Below, in pieces: positions 50,707-64,000 of a DNA stretch of 64,000 nucleotides (position 1 is the stretch's first letter; each line of letters begins with the position of its first letter). Position numbers and translations under genes: made by a program. Where the stretch lies: the NCBI GenBank assembly GCA_012026655.1, contig JAAILG010000680.1, positions 1 through 64,000 of the forward strand, in the 5' to 3' direction. The DNA comes from Hydrolagus affinis. Taxonomy: Eukaryota. A model generated the notes under the pieces. That model worked only from the letters and a program-made list of their open reading frames with translations, had not been told where the DNA came from and searched no databases.

Positions 50707-53700
50707 TCAGTCGAGTAGATCCTAGTGGGGGGGGGGAAAAAAAACATTGAATATTTAACTTCTATGAAAAGGGTCTCTTGTGACCAAACATAGAAATAGA
50801 TGTACAACAGAGGCTGTGCTGACTCTCGGTGTATGCTGCCCTGCTCAATTCCTATCCAGCAGTGAGTTATCATGAATACTGTCAGCAACAATTTGCATTC
50901 ATATAGTGGCCCTCACACAGGGTAGAGTCCCAATGCTTAGAGGGGTGAAAGGATCAAGACTTAAATAACAATCTTATAATTGACACAGTGATTTTCACAT
51001 CAGGAGGAGATCCGAAAGAACTCCACAGGATATACTGTAAAGTGAAATGACTGCATTTCATGGGATTGTGGCAGTCCAATTTGTGCATTCACGGAATGAG
51101 TGACCATTTTATAATAATAATAATCCACGCAATTGATATTGCACTTTATCACGTCTTCGAAACATCTCCAAGCACAGAATACACTATAAAGTGAATTGAC
51201 TGTATATTTTGTCGGCAGAGGTAGCACAGCAGTTTTGGGAGTTCCCAGAGACTTCTGTTTTTGTTTCAGATTTCCAGCATTTTGCTTTTTCTCCACAAAC
51301 AATTGTGGTTTGAGGGACCTAATTAATATTATTATTTATCTGGGGGATTGTTGGCCAGGACACCAGGAGTGAGAAACTTTAGTATCTTTTTTGAATAGAA
51401 TCATGGAATCGTTAACATCCACCTGAACAAGTATACATGGGACCTTGGTTTAAAGTCTCATATGAAGGACTGTCACTAACATTACAATGATCTCCCAGCA
51501 CTGCAATAGAGCATCAGCTGAGAGTATCTGGACTTCCAAGTCCCACCATTGGGCTTTGAATCCACAACTTTCTGACTCAGAGGGCTACTAATTTAACCGG
51601 GCTGACACACACTAAGGCGGGCTGACACGCACTGAGCCAGGCGGACATACAGGCTAAATCAAACCAGGTAACTTACAACATCGGAATCGTCGTGGTAAAC
51701 TCTTTCTGTGTTTGACCTTCTGCTGTCCAGATCATCAGCGATGCACACCTCATCATTGCTACTCTGCAGCACCGAGTAACGGTAAACAAGACTCCTAGAA
51801 AATACATCACAGTGAGGGGAGAGACTCTGTGGAGGGCCTAACTTCCTTTCACATCAATAGGTCACCACTGACACCTCTTTCCATACATTGTGCTGTACAC
51901 CAAAGGTGGTGTCTATGTGAGCGACAGACCCTGAAGTTGATGATTGTCAAGTCTATCAAGAGCGTGAGGGGAGCAAGTGGCACCTGTGCAGTGAATGTGC
52001 ATCGCATACGCGTTACAACTGATCCTGCGTTCTCCCAGAACCAGGTTGCATAAAGCTCTGTATTTTAATTTCTGGGGCAAAGTACTCTCTCATCTATTCT
52101 TGCCCCACACATCCTAATAATATTTCTTTGCATTTTATATAGTGCCTTTTCACATAGCAAGACGTCTCAAAGAGTTTAAAAGATTTAATGTAATGCATGG
52201 TGACTATATTTTGTGGATCAAATGTGGCAGCAGCCAGCTTGCACACAGCAATGCCCCACAGACAGCCATGGAGTGAGTGACCAATTTTATTTGGGGGATT
52301 ATCGGCAAGGAATCTGGGAGAAACTCTTGTCTCTTTTTGAATAGTGCCATGGGACCTTTAAAGTCTACCTGAACAGGCAGATTGAACCACGGATTATCCT
52401 ATCAGCACTGTACTGGAGTGTCAGATAGGGACTATGTGATTCCATGTACTGACATGTGAGTTTGAACCCACAACCTTCTAATTCAGAAGCAAGAATGCTA
52501 CCACTGCGCCAGGCTGATCTTTGTGCACAAAAGAAGGCTGTAAACAGTGTGAAAGGTCACAAGCCTGATCTGGCTCAGTGGATTCTCTGTGAAGTGGCCA
52601 GGTTAGGGCCAAGGCACCAAATGAGATTGACAATGCTGGTCCACTCACCTCCCTCCGCACACATATTTCTTGCAAATTATGACAGCGCCTCCAATCATCA
52701 ATATTGACACGACCAACACGCAGAGAACAACGATGACCACAGAAGTCTTGGGTATCTGGAAATCCATCATCAAAAAAAATCTGACTGAGTTAACCAGCAA
52801 CAATCTACAGTATTACACTAGTGACAACACTTGGCAGTTTTCATCTTTAACCCCACAGAGCGTGTGAATATCAGCAGAAATACTTCCTGCTCTTTAAACA
52901 ATAACAACCCGCATTTATGAAGTGCCCTTCGCACAGGTGCCTTTCATGGCAGGAGGATATTTTAAAGTACTTCACAGAATAATCTGTGAAGTTAATTGAT
53001 TGTATGTTTTGTGGATGTGAATAGTGAAGTAGGTGATCAATTTGTAAGTGATCTGGAAGACTGTCCATCAGTAGACAGAAAGTCCCCTCTCTTTTCGGAA
53101 ACTACGGGAACTCTCTCCTCATCTGCCTCCCCAGCTCCTCCCTTCACAGGCTGCAGATCATTCAGAATTCTGCAGCTCGTGTACTCTCCCCATACCAGGC
53201 TTCGCGACCACATCACTCTCACCTCTCCCGTCTCCACTGGCTCCCATCCCCCAGAGGATCGAATTCAAGATCCTCGTCCTCACTTTCAAGGCCTATCTCT
53301 CTGACCTGCTGTCTTCCTATCAGCCTGCCCGTACCCTCCGTTCAGCAGACTCAGGCCTGCTCTGCGTCCACCGCCCTGACCACCCAACCACCGGTGGCCG
53401 AGCATTCAGCCTCTCTGCTCCCACACTGTGGATCTCCATCCCGCTTTTCAGAGGCTAGAGGCATAGAATTGGAAAGCTGGACCATAGACGGAGGGTGGGG
53501 GTCAGGGCAGGGGATGTAGAGCCAGCCCAGGTTAATTAATTGGAAGGGGAGGAGTGGGGTAAGAGATGTTTGGGAAAGTCCAGATTTAACAACAGCAAAA
53601 ACATCTTGCATTTATACAGTGGTCTTTATGCAGAGTAGCACCACTGACTGCTTAACAGTGCGGAACCTGATGCTGAGCCGGGGGAGGGATGAGTTGATCA

Positions 53701-56700
53701 TAGGTACAGACAAAAAGGAAGGTCTTCCGGTGTGATCTTAAGATGGGCACAGAGAAGGCAATCGGAAGGATTGGGGCACAGAGTTTCAGTGTAATGCCAG
53801 ACATCAATTATGGAAAGGAGGGGACATGGAGATTAGATGACTTACTGTCTCTTTCACAGCCAAAAACTCTTCACAGTTTATATTGGTGACACTTTCGGAG
53901 CGAGTCGGCATGAAACCACCTTCGCACCTGTCCCCAGGAATCTTCCGATATCTGAGTAACGAGCAGGCCAAATAAAAGTTATTGTTGTCCATCAATTTTC
54001 ACAATAGATAAGAATAATCCTTACATTTAATATAGTGCTTGTCTCGAATTCTAGACGTCACTAAGCGCTTCACAGACTATAATGGAAAGTGAATTAACTG
54101 CATATTTGTGAGCGAAACGCAGCAGCCAATTGTGTCCAACAGAGTGCTCTAACCACTGAGCTAAAGGACTGCACTACGTGCAATAGTAGGTCAAAGTGAA
54201 CCCACATTGTAACAAAGGACATCACAACAGGGTTCCCCTGTATTTCACTTCATTCTTAGGAAGCTCAGTCGCTAGTTCTCTCGTCTCCGGGTCAGAAGGT
54301 TGTGGATTCAAGTCCTACATCAGGATGTTGGGGTTAAAGATTGGTTTTCCAGCCCAGTGCTGGGGGTGGGGACTGCAATGTCAGAGATACAAGCCTTCAG
54401 AGAGATGTTAAATATAATTCCAAGATCACCAGGTTGAATTTGATGAAGAAGATTCCAGAAAAGCTACCCCCCCATCACAGCATCAAGATGTTTTTTAAAT
54501 GAGTCCCAGTGTCATGGCTTCAACCACCCTTTCTGGCAACCTGTTCCAGGTGCTAATGATCTGGGTAAAAAAAGCTTCCTGCTTGCTGACTGTCCTGAAA
54601 TTTCCCTTTACAATTCTAAAATGTTGTACTGTCTCAGTGCATCAGAAAGAATTGATCTGGGATTCCTCTTTCAATCCGATTTAAAATGTTACACCTCTCT
54701 ATAAGGGCTTGTCTGAATCATATTCTCTCAAGACTGAAGAGCCCTAGCTTGTTTAATCGTTGTTCATAGCGCATTCCTCTAAGGAATGACCTATGATGGG
54801 GATAATCCTTGTTGCTCTCCTCTGCACTGCGTCCAAGTCCTGGGCAGCCCACTAATGTCTTGGTGTCCAGAGCTGTAAGTAGTATTCAAGGTGAGGTATT
54901 CCCAGAGCACGGCAGGTGTTTCCGTACATTGGTGATATTGGTTTAGCAAGAAGGTATAAAAACTATGTCTCAAATAACTCACCCTTGTGTATTGAGTAAC
55001 TCCTCTTTCCCTTTCAAGCAGAACTCGAGTACCTTGTCTTTCAGGTCAGGTTGCTCTATACATTCTTCACTGTTTCCCACACGATAATATCCAAAATCAC
55101 TAGGGTCAAAGCAAAACAAGACAGGCTGTTGAAAGGCAGATGCTATATTTCTAACCAGGTTTTATCTTGAATCAGGCACTCAGTCTCTCGCCTCTGAGTC
55201 AGAAAGCTGTATTGGCACTTAGAATTCATATATTCTATGCTTCAGTGCAGTGCTGGGAGAGCACTGCATTGTTGGAGCTGCCGTCCTTCAGCTCAGATGT
55301 TAAACTGAAGTCCCAAATACTCCTGTTCAGGTGGATATTAGAGATCCTGTGGCACTATTGGAAAAGAGAATGGAGTTTCTCTCTCCCGGTGTGCTGGCCA
55401 ACAACCCCCCTAGTTACTGTATAAAAGTCTCTTACTCTATGGCAGTTTGTGGGACATTGCTATTCGCAAATTGATGTGTTCACCTACTAAATACAAAGTC
55501 ACTACATTTTACCATGAATCCCCAAAGCGCTTTGAGACATTTTGATGACCTGATAAGGTGCTGTATCATCTAAACAAATTATTATGATTATATAATTATA
55601 AATATACACCCCTTCCAAGCTTCTCTACAAGGTTTGCTTGACTACCAACATGCCATGCCTCAGCAACAGTGAGATCTCACAAAATGTAAATACATCTACA
55701 GTCAAAACCTGTCTAAATCCCCATTTCTTTGAGGGGATAGTAACTTTGGCTTGTGACATACCACATATAATCGCTCTTGGTGCACTGGCAGAAAGCTTGC
55801 TCTTTAGTGAGCTGGTAGTCTCGTCCGTTCCGGCACACCGAGGACTTGGCCAGTCGCTGGAATCTTTCTTTACAGCCCAAGACACAACCGTCAGTTATAC
55901 TGCCAAAATCGGTGGAATGTGCCAGCCACGTCACATAATCTCGTTCGTCACCTGGAAGAGAGGCATTTACCATGTGAGAATGATCACTGCATTGCGGTCA
56001 GCAATGTGTGCGAGTAAACAATGTGTGACAGAGTCTCTCTTCCCATTAGAGAAGATGTAGGATTCCATTTATTTCTTGGCAAGATTTATAATACTAATAA
56101 TCTTACATTTGATAAGTGTCTTTCACTTCAATAATAATAATAACCCTTGCGTTTGATATAATGCTTTTCATGTCTTCTAGACATGTTGAATTTGTGGATG
56201 AAACACAGCAGCCAATTGCACACAGCAGTATCCCACAAACAGTCGTGAATTGAAATGACCAAATTATTATTGCTTTTTTGAAGGATTATTATCAGGCGTG
56301 TGGAGTAAGGAAACTTGTCCAAGGTTTCATCCAGCCTTGTGTCAAGAGGACGCTTCACGAGATTACTGTAAATTATAGTGATTGCATTTGTGGGCAAACA
56401 CAGCACGCAATTTGCACAGCAACGTCCCACAAACAGCCATAAAGTGATTGATCGATTTTATCTGGGGGATTGTCAGCCAGATACTGGGAGAGAGAAACTT
56501 TCTTCTCTTTTCCAATAGTTCTGCAGGATCTTGAATGTTTTGGGGATGGGAAGGGGCACCATTGGGGATATGGCCTTAGATTGATGCACAATGAGTGAGC
56601 AGCCCATAGGGAGGAAAGTAGAACAGTGAGCTGTTAATAGCAATTCAGAATATCTGGTAGTGAATCAGGTTAAACACATCCAAGAATGAGGACACCGAGG

Positions 56701-59700
56701 AGAGGATTACAATAGTAATATTCCTTGCATTTATAATAGTATACTATAATAGCAATGATAATTATTATTATAGTAGATTATAATAGTAATATTCCAGTGC
56801 CTTGTGACGTCCTCCCAGTAGTTATTTTGTTGTTGCATTTGATAATGCACCTTATCACATCTTCGAAATGCCTCAAAGTACTTCACAGAACATACCATAA
56901 AGCAAAGTTACTGTATATTTTTGTCGGGTGTAAGGGAAATCTTGCTAAATACCAGGTTGTATCAAAGAAGCACTGGACATTAACTAAAATGAGTAATTCC
57001 AATCTGGAGAATTAGCAATCACACATGCATACCACACATGCACACAGTTAAACAGGCGCACTCCCAACACAGACACACAAGCAACAACAACTTGCATTTA
57101 TATAATGCCTCGCACATGGGGTAGCATTACAGAGTGCGTGTGTATGTAATGTTGACCCGCTCCCACTCACGCACACAAACACACCAGTACATTACTTGCT
57201 TGCTTTGTCACAATGCCAGATCTTGCCTGTACCAACTCCACAAGTGTTTATAACACAATAGCACACAGAGTCTTTCACAGCACATCACACCACTCACAGT
57301 CTCGGGTCAGAAGTTCGTTGAAATCAATGGTGTAGGAAAGCCACGTAGTTTTGTAAAAGCTCTCCTGTTTATAGCCCCACAGACTCACATTCATGGACTT
57401 GGTCCCTGGCTCGGACACCAGTCCCACAAACATGAAGGTCTCATTAGTGAAGTTATAGCTGTGCCAGCACTGACCTTCGTCCGTTGAGTATCTTTGTTGG
57501 AAAAGAGGAAAAGAGTGAAGGACAACCTTATTGTCAGTGGCTCCAATAATGCTTCTTACATGTTAACACTGAACGAGCACGTGCCAGGAATGCTATCTGA
57601 AAGTACTACCTGGGAATACTTGAATCTCTAATGAAGTGACCAAGGATTTTGCCAAGACATATCCATCTTCTCGTTCATTAAAACTGTGAGTGTATTCTCC
57701 AAATACTGAAGAGCTGACTTGCATCACTTCCATTTCTTGGAACAACAAGCATCTCCAAACCAATCCCTTGAGCCAGACTGATATGACACTTGCCAACATC
57801 GGTCTATTACCCAGGGGGATTATGTAATCAGGGGAAATTTTCACGCAGATGTGGAACTCTCAAAACAAAGAGAGCAGATAAAAGAGTGGAGTATGAGCAA
57901 GTCAGAGACATAGGGGGTTGCTAGGTCATGAATTGATTTATTCGTCAGTATGAGGATCTTGAAATTGATCCGTTCTGTGTCAGGGAGCCAGTAAAGCTTG
58001 GTAAGGACTGGGGTGATGGGTGTACAGTTTGGTGAGGGCAAGGACACAGGTGGAGTTTTGATCTTTGTGAACAGTGGAGCTGGGGGGACCAGTGAGTGTT
58101 TGGTTAAGACCTTGGTTACATCACATACTTTATAACCTGTACTGCCCTGTCAGGGTGAGACTCCAAAGCCACGATCAGCCCTCCAGAATCCAACATCGTA
58201 TAAAAGTGAGGCCCATTCAGAGCTTTCCACCATGTATAGCCTCCATCATCAGACACATAGACATCCGGAGGCAAGGTGGAGATGACATCACCAACACTGC
58301 CTGTCAAAACAACAACAAATGGCATTTATTTCACATCAGGAGGATCTGATAAGGTGCTGGACAGTCAAGAATTTTGAACCCGATTTGAGGCTTGTAGTCA
58401 AGAGTGGTGGAGGGCAAGGTGGATGGGAAGATGCCCTAAGGCATGGTCAAATAGGAAGGTCTCAAGTTTCTAACCCTAACCCTTGAAATAGGGAAGGGAG
58501 GGGCACGGTGGAGGGGCTCCAGTATGGATATTGAGAGGGTTGGGGCAGAAAGACTGAAGGTCTGACTGCTGATGGTTGAACAGGCAGGACAAGGGTCATG
58601 GAGAGGGCCAATGCCCACTGAACAGAGGGAGTGTTTTTAGAAGGTCACAAGAGGAGAAAGGCTCAGCTTCTGGCATCTTACTTTATAGACGTCCAATTCC
58701 ACGCCCCTTGTGACATGCACACACTCACTGAAAAAATCCAGACTCACCATGAGCAATCACCACACCCACTGCGTTTGGTGCAGTGAGTGGGAGAACTGGC
58801 ACGTCCACTTTCTGAGATATGCTGTAGGCGGCGTGAATGTGGAGATTACACTGCAAACAAAAACAAAGAATCAGTAGCAGGGATGTAAATTTAAACCCTT
58901 ATCGGGGACTCTGAGCTCACAGTCCAGGCTGATGCTCCAGTGCAGTGCTGGAGGGAATCTCCCCATTGTCAGAGACACAGTCTTGCAGATGAAACATTAA
59001 ACAGTGTGCCATCTGTACTTGTTCAAGAGGACATCAAAGAACCTCTGGCATTAGTGCGAAATAGAAGGGAGTTTCTTTTTTCTCTGTGTCCTGTGTCCAG
59101 ACAATCCTCCAGATAAAACTGGTCACTCACTTTTTATGGCTGTTTGTGGGAAGGTAGTTTGTGCAAATTGGCTGGTATGTTCACCTTCAAAACTCGGTAA
59201 CTGTACTTTATAGTCTATCCTCTGAAGTATTTTGAGTCGTTGTCTGGTCATTCTGAGGATCTATGCGGGAATTACATTGCCCAAGAGATGCTAACATTTA
59301 TTAACCATTAGATAACTGGGGATCCAATGCTATAAAACCCTCTGTGTTGGATTGAGCAAGTAGAGGACTCCGAGACAAGGGGATAACAGGACACAGGGTC
59401 AGACACAGGATCAGGATGGACATATTTCTTTACACAAATAATAATTACAAGAGGGTTGCCTGGACGGGGAGTTGGGCAAGGACACAACTCCTTTTGGAAA
59501 CACTGCAGCTTACACTGCACACATTCTATCTTGCTCATACACTCTCACTCATGTTCATTCATCCTCTCTCATTCACACTGACCTGCTCAAAAATTTTGGT
59601 TGTCTTATCACACTGACTGTTGGCTGGTCTCTGCAATGCTGTCCACTCCCCTCCACTGTCGAAGGTGATCACTGATCGGATACTGTTGTCTATCAGCAAA

Positions 59701-62700
59701 GGAGCAATAACAAGCATTCGGGTTACAAACATAGAAATAAATGAGATTCACCCACGGTACACATTCCCCTCAGTTATCGGGTGTCAAAGTGTCAGTGCCC
59801 TTGACCATCCAGTCGGTTGATTGTAAAGTACAGTGACTCTGTAGACAAACGCGGTAGCCAATTTGCGCACAACGACGTCCCACAAACAGCCATGAAATTG
59901 GGACCAATTTTATCTGGGAAATTGTTGGTTAGGACACTGGGAAACTCCCTTTGCACTACACTTTAGTAATAATCTTTGCATTTGATATAATAATAATAAT
60001 AATCCTTAAATTTATGTAGCGCTTTCCATATCTTAAAGACGTCTCAAAGCACTTCACAGAAACAACAACGTCCCAAGGTTGGGACCAGAGCAGGGGAGGA
60101 GGGAGAAGACAAGAGGAAAGAAAGGGAGGAAAGAGGTAGGGACCAGAGCAAGGTGGGGAGGGGTCGTGGTTGGGGGAAAGAAAGTAGGAAAATTGACTGT
60201 ATATTTGTGGGAGAAACGCGGCAGCCAAATTGTGCACCACAGTGTCTCACAAACAGTCGTGGAAGTGGGGCCAGGGGAGAAAGTGGGAAAAGAGGATAAG
60301 GAGGGAGAGGGAGGTAAAGGTGGGGTAAAATCAGGGAGGAAAAGGGGAGAGAAAGAGAGTTAAGGGGGGAGAGGGAGAGAAAGGTGCCTTGATATATACT
60401 AATATATATATAGATATATATAAATATATATATGTAGATATATATATATATATATATTGCGTTATCAAGTCTTAGAGACATCTCAAAGTGCTCCACAGAA
60501 TCTACTGTAATGTAATTGACTATGTTTTGCGGGCGAAAGCTGAAATACAAATTGATTCAAATTCAGCACCTTGAAACTGAAACACAAATTGATATTTATA
60601 GTGCCTTTCATGTCTGGAGGAGATCCTAACGTGCTTAGCAATCCTATCTGTGCTCCTGAGCTGGCGGTGGGAGCCAAGCAGGAGTTCAGTGGGAGGGAGA
60701 GGTGAGAGGGGCAAAGGGATGGTCAAAGATATAGGTCCTGAGATAAACATTGAACAAGGTGAGGGAGGGAGTCGGAGTAATTTCAAGAGGGAGTTGTAGA
60801 GAGTAGGGACAGAATGATTGAAACCTCAGCCCCTAATGGTTGCAGATCATACTCGTGCCTGCTGAGCGAGAGGAGGGGTGGGTAGCTAGTAGCATTGCTG
60901 TGAAGGCCGAGGGAAAGAGTGCGTGTGATTACTTTTGTCCAGGATGTTGGTGATGTAGACTCCCCGCAGGGAGGTCACGTTGGTGAAATCAGTGGCTCCG
61001 CTGGAATCTATGAACAAATGGCGCTCCAGAGATTTAGAATAGAGGATCCCACGATCGTCAGATGTGTAGATGGTGCCAAAGCCCGTGTCTGAAAGGGAAC
61101 AAGCACAAAACATGAGATGATCATGCAAGGCACATGCTGGGTCACAGGAGGCAGGAGGAGGGGTGTCAGGCGAGGTAGGAGGGGGGGGTTCAGGTGAGGT
61201 AGGAGGAGGCGGGATCAGGTGAGGTAGGAGGGGGCGTGGGCGGTCCAAGCAGGATGGGGCGCGGTCGGGCGAGGCAGGAGGTGGTGGGGGGGGAAATCAG
61301 GTGAGGTGGGGTGGTCATGCGAGGCAGGAGGGGGTAACAGTACTCACTCCCGGGCTCATCCACGTGCATGAAAATCATCTCATGGTCAGCCCCGAGTATG
61401 GAGTAGAACTGGAAAGAACAGACACTGCAGTTATGCGAGATTGTTCGTATCTTTACCTTCACCTCTTCCACATGTCAAACACGCATATATGGAGTACTGT
61501 AACTCAGTGGAGCATTCAACAACAACAAATCTTACAAGCGTGAGACCTGGGTTCAAGTCCAGGCAAGGTAAAACCATGGCCAAGTTTCCGTACTCCACAC
61601 GCCTAATTATATATAATTCCTTCAACATAACAATAATAAATTGGTCATTTCAATCCACGACTATTTGTGGGACACTGCTGTGTACAATTGGCCATGTTTT
61701 GCCCATAAATATACAGTCAATTCACTTTACGGTATATTCTGTGAAGCACTTTGAGATGTCTAAAAGTGGAAAGCTCTGTATAAATGCAAGGATTATTATT
61801 ATTATATGCAACACAAAAATTGCACGCCAAGCACACAGATATGGCTGAACAATTCCCCCCACCACAAACATGCATTGAACAATGCACACACTAAAAATAC
61901 ACTACTCCTTACATCACCAACATGCACACATATATTGCATTTTGTGAGCACAAGTGACAAATGACTTACATCCCACAAGCAGCCATGAAGGGAGTGATCA
62001 CAGGACACAGAGACACAGACCAGGACACAGGCCAGGAAACAGAGAGATAGAGAGAGACAGAGATAAACTCCCTTCTCTTTTCAGTACTGCAGGATCTTTA
62101 TCATCCAACTGGTCCTTGCTTTAACATCTCACTTGAAGTACAGCATCTCTGACAATGCAGCGCTTCCCAAACACTATGCGCTGGAGCATCAGCCTAGACT
62201 GCGAGCTCAAAGCCCCAAACATAAGGCTTGATCAAATCCACAATCTTCTGACTCAGAGACATTTCTGGCTTTTTGTACATTGAGAAATTTGAGTTTCACA
62301 AATAGAAACAGGTAGTATTTCAAAGCATCCTAATAGGATTATTGTTAGATGATAATAAATAATAATCCTTGCATTTGATATAGTGCTTTTCACATCTTAT
62401 CAATGTCCCAAAGCGCTTCACAGAATATACTGTAAAGTGAATTGATTGTATATTTGTGGGCGAATCGCGGCAGCCAATTGCGCACAGCAGTGTCCCACAA
62501 ACAGTCGTGGATTGAAATGACCAATTTTATTATTGTGATTTTTTTGGATGGATTATTATTAGGCATGTGGAGTAAGGAAACTTGCCCAAGGTTTCGCCCT
62601 GACCTGCCTGGATTCGAACACAGGTCTCCATAGCTTGCAAGACAAGTGCTCTAACCAATAAGGAGTTCCAGATTATAGACTCAGAGAGCAGAACACCAAA

Positions 62701-63932
62701 GCAATCTACAGCACAGAAGAAGGCCATTCAGCCTATCGTGTCTATGCTGCTCCCTCAAGTGTCCCATTGACCTGCCCTTCTCCCCACACTCTTGTAGCTC
62801 ACTCTCTGGTTACTGGAAATAATTGCAATGTGTGACTGGGAAATTTCCTGTTGGGAATGGCTCTGATCTCCAATCCAGTGAGATTCTCCTGAATTAGGAT
62901 TGGATCCTACACCCAGGGTGTTAAGGCCAAGAAATCCCTTCGGCCCTGCAGGCTGGACACCAGCTCTGAGATTGGGAGCACAAAGAGCAAGAGCGCTGGA
63001 ATTAGGGTCAGACCCCATATATTGTACCTGTTTGTGACCAACTGGAGGCAGTTGAGCTTCGTTCCATGTGTTGCCCTGGTCAATAGACACGAGGATAGAC
63101 CTTGGGAGACTCTGAGGAGAACAAGCACATTATGTTATGCTTCACAGTTTGCTCTTGACAACTGGGTCACATATCTTCTCAACCTTCTCTTTTCCAATTA
63201 ACCATAAAGTCCACCTTAACGGACACAGATGGGGAGCGCAGTTTAATGTCTCATCCAAAGGACGGTGTCTTCCTAAGCACTGCACTGGAGCGTGAGTCAG
63301 CTGAGACTATGTGATTCCAAGTCCTGACGCGGAGCTTGAACCCACAATCCTTTGACCAGAAGCGAGAGTGCTACCATAGCGCCATGCAGACACTAAACAG
63401 AGCATTACCCTAGCATTGGTTACGCTTACAGGACTTTGTGTACCAGTAGAAAAATAATCACTTCAACAATAACTGGTATTTAAATAGGCCCTTCACACAG
63501 GGTAGCATCTCAGAGCACTTAGATAAGAAGCTGTCCAGCACTTAGTTATTTTAGCAAGAGCCGTTATCCTACAACAACAACAACAACAAAATTACACTTG
63601 TATAGCACCTTTTTGGTCAGGACTGCCACTGGTAATTCAGCAAACAGAGTTATCCCTCCACTAGTTATTTTAGCAAGACTAGTAATCCTATCAGTAGTTA
63701 TTTTAGCAGATTATTATCATTACTATTATCTAAATATCCAAACACTAGAAATCGAATTAGCTATCACTAGTTACCAGTACGAAGAGTTATCTTACCTGGT
63801 TATGAATAACAGAACTGAAGAGAAATCGCCCGGCGAAGCCGAAGGAATAGATGTTGCTGTGGAGTTTGGTGTTGGACTTGCCCAGGTCAGTCGTCCTGTG
63901 CAGGTATAGGCTTCCTCTGGCACTCACATCAT
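50707..63932 (-). CDS. sortilin-like Vps10p-domain receptor, last 14 coding exons (5' end lies beyond the window)
   Basis: Minus-strand exons 63796-63932, 63028-63111, 61348-61408, 60933-61088, 59583-59689, 58748-58850, 58129-58300, 57298-57491, 55762-55951, 54983-55099, 53846-53951, 52649-52755 (TM), 51677-51794, 50707-50721 are all in phase. Peptides [71 protein letters not shown] and YHDDSDVDLLD* are clearly sortilin family. Symbol left blank because ortholog versus paralog status is unresolved. Confidence 0.93.
55175..55590 (+). mobile_element. Deu-domain SINE (SacSINE1-like)
   Basis: ctctcgcctctgagtcagaa...cagtgcagtgctgggagagcactgcattgttggagctgccgtc...ctgttcaggtgga. Confidence 0.75.
60392..60457. 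repeat. (TA)n microsatellite
   Basis: Imperfect TA run. Confidence 0.9.
61145..61335. repeat. G-rich minisatellite (caggtgaggtaggagg...)
   Basis: About 6-7 imperfect units filling a short intron of the sortilin-like gene. Confidence 0.75.
61494..61805 (+). mobile_element. tRNA-derived SINE (SINE2-1_CM-like)
   Basis: Head gtaactcagtgg...ggttcaagtcc, body and (ATT)n tail. Confidence 0.8.
62358..62660 (-). mobile_element. tRNA-derived SINE (SINE2-1_CM-like), reverse orientation
   Basis: Reverse complement of the same SINE consensus. Confidence 0.85.
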
Positions 63933-64000
63933 CTAAACAACATGGTACAACCTATCACTGGGGTCAGAGGGGTGAGACACTGAGGAGGCTAATGCCAGGG

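Noticed and set aside
51238-51300. Third fragment of the hammerhead-bearing element
   Set aside because: Only the degenerate distal part (tgtttttgtttcagatttccagca) remains, with no ribozyme core.

Overview
Eukaryotic, intron-rich genomic DNA from a cartilaginous fish. The dominant tRNA-derived SINE looks like the elephant-shark/chimaera SINE2-1_CM type, so a holocephalan is likely (inference). Five spliced protein-coding genes were reconstructed by hand, with splice sites and reading phases checked: (1) the last 6 coding exons of beta-parvin PARVB (+); (2) complete gamma-parvin PARVG (+, 12 coding exons, 309 aa); (3) complete WDR91 (-, 15 coding exons, 738 aa) with an AT-AC minor-spliceosome intron, a GC-AG intron and a CLEAR/E-box-rich promoter; (4) a NACHT-LRR (NLR) gene (-, 8 coding exons, about 765 aa) with no visible N-terminal effector domain and altered ATPase motifs; (5) the last 14 coding exons of a sortilin-like Vps10p receptor (-), possibly a SORT1 paralog. 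Introns are dense in Deu-type SINEs and L2/CR1 LINE fragments. A short Penelope-type element carrying a minimal hammerhead ribozyme occurs twice (one intact copy). Most short ORFs in the supplied track are spurious. Comparisons to human proteins and exon sizes are from memory, not from a database search.
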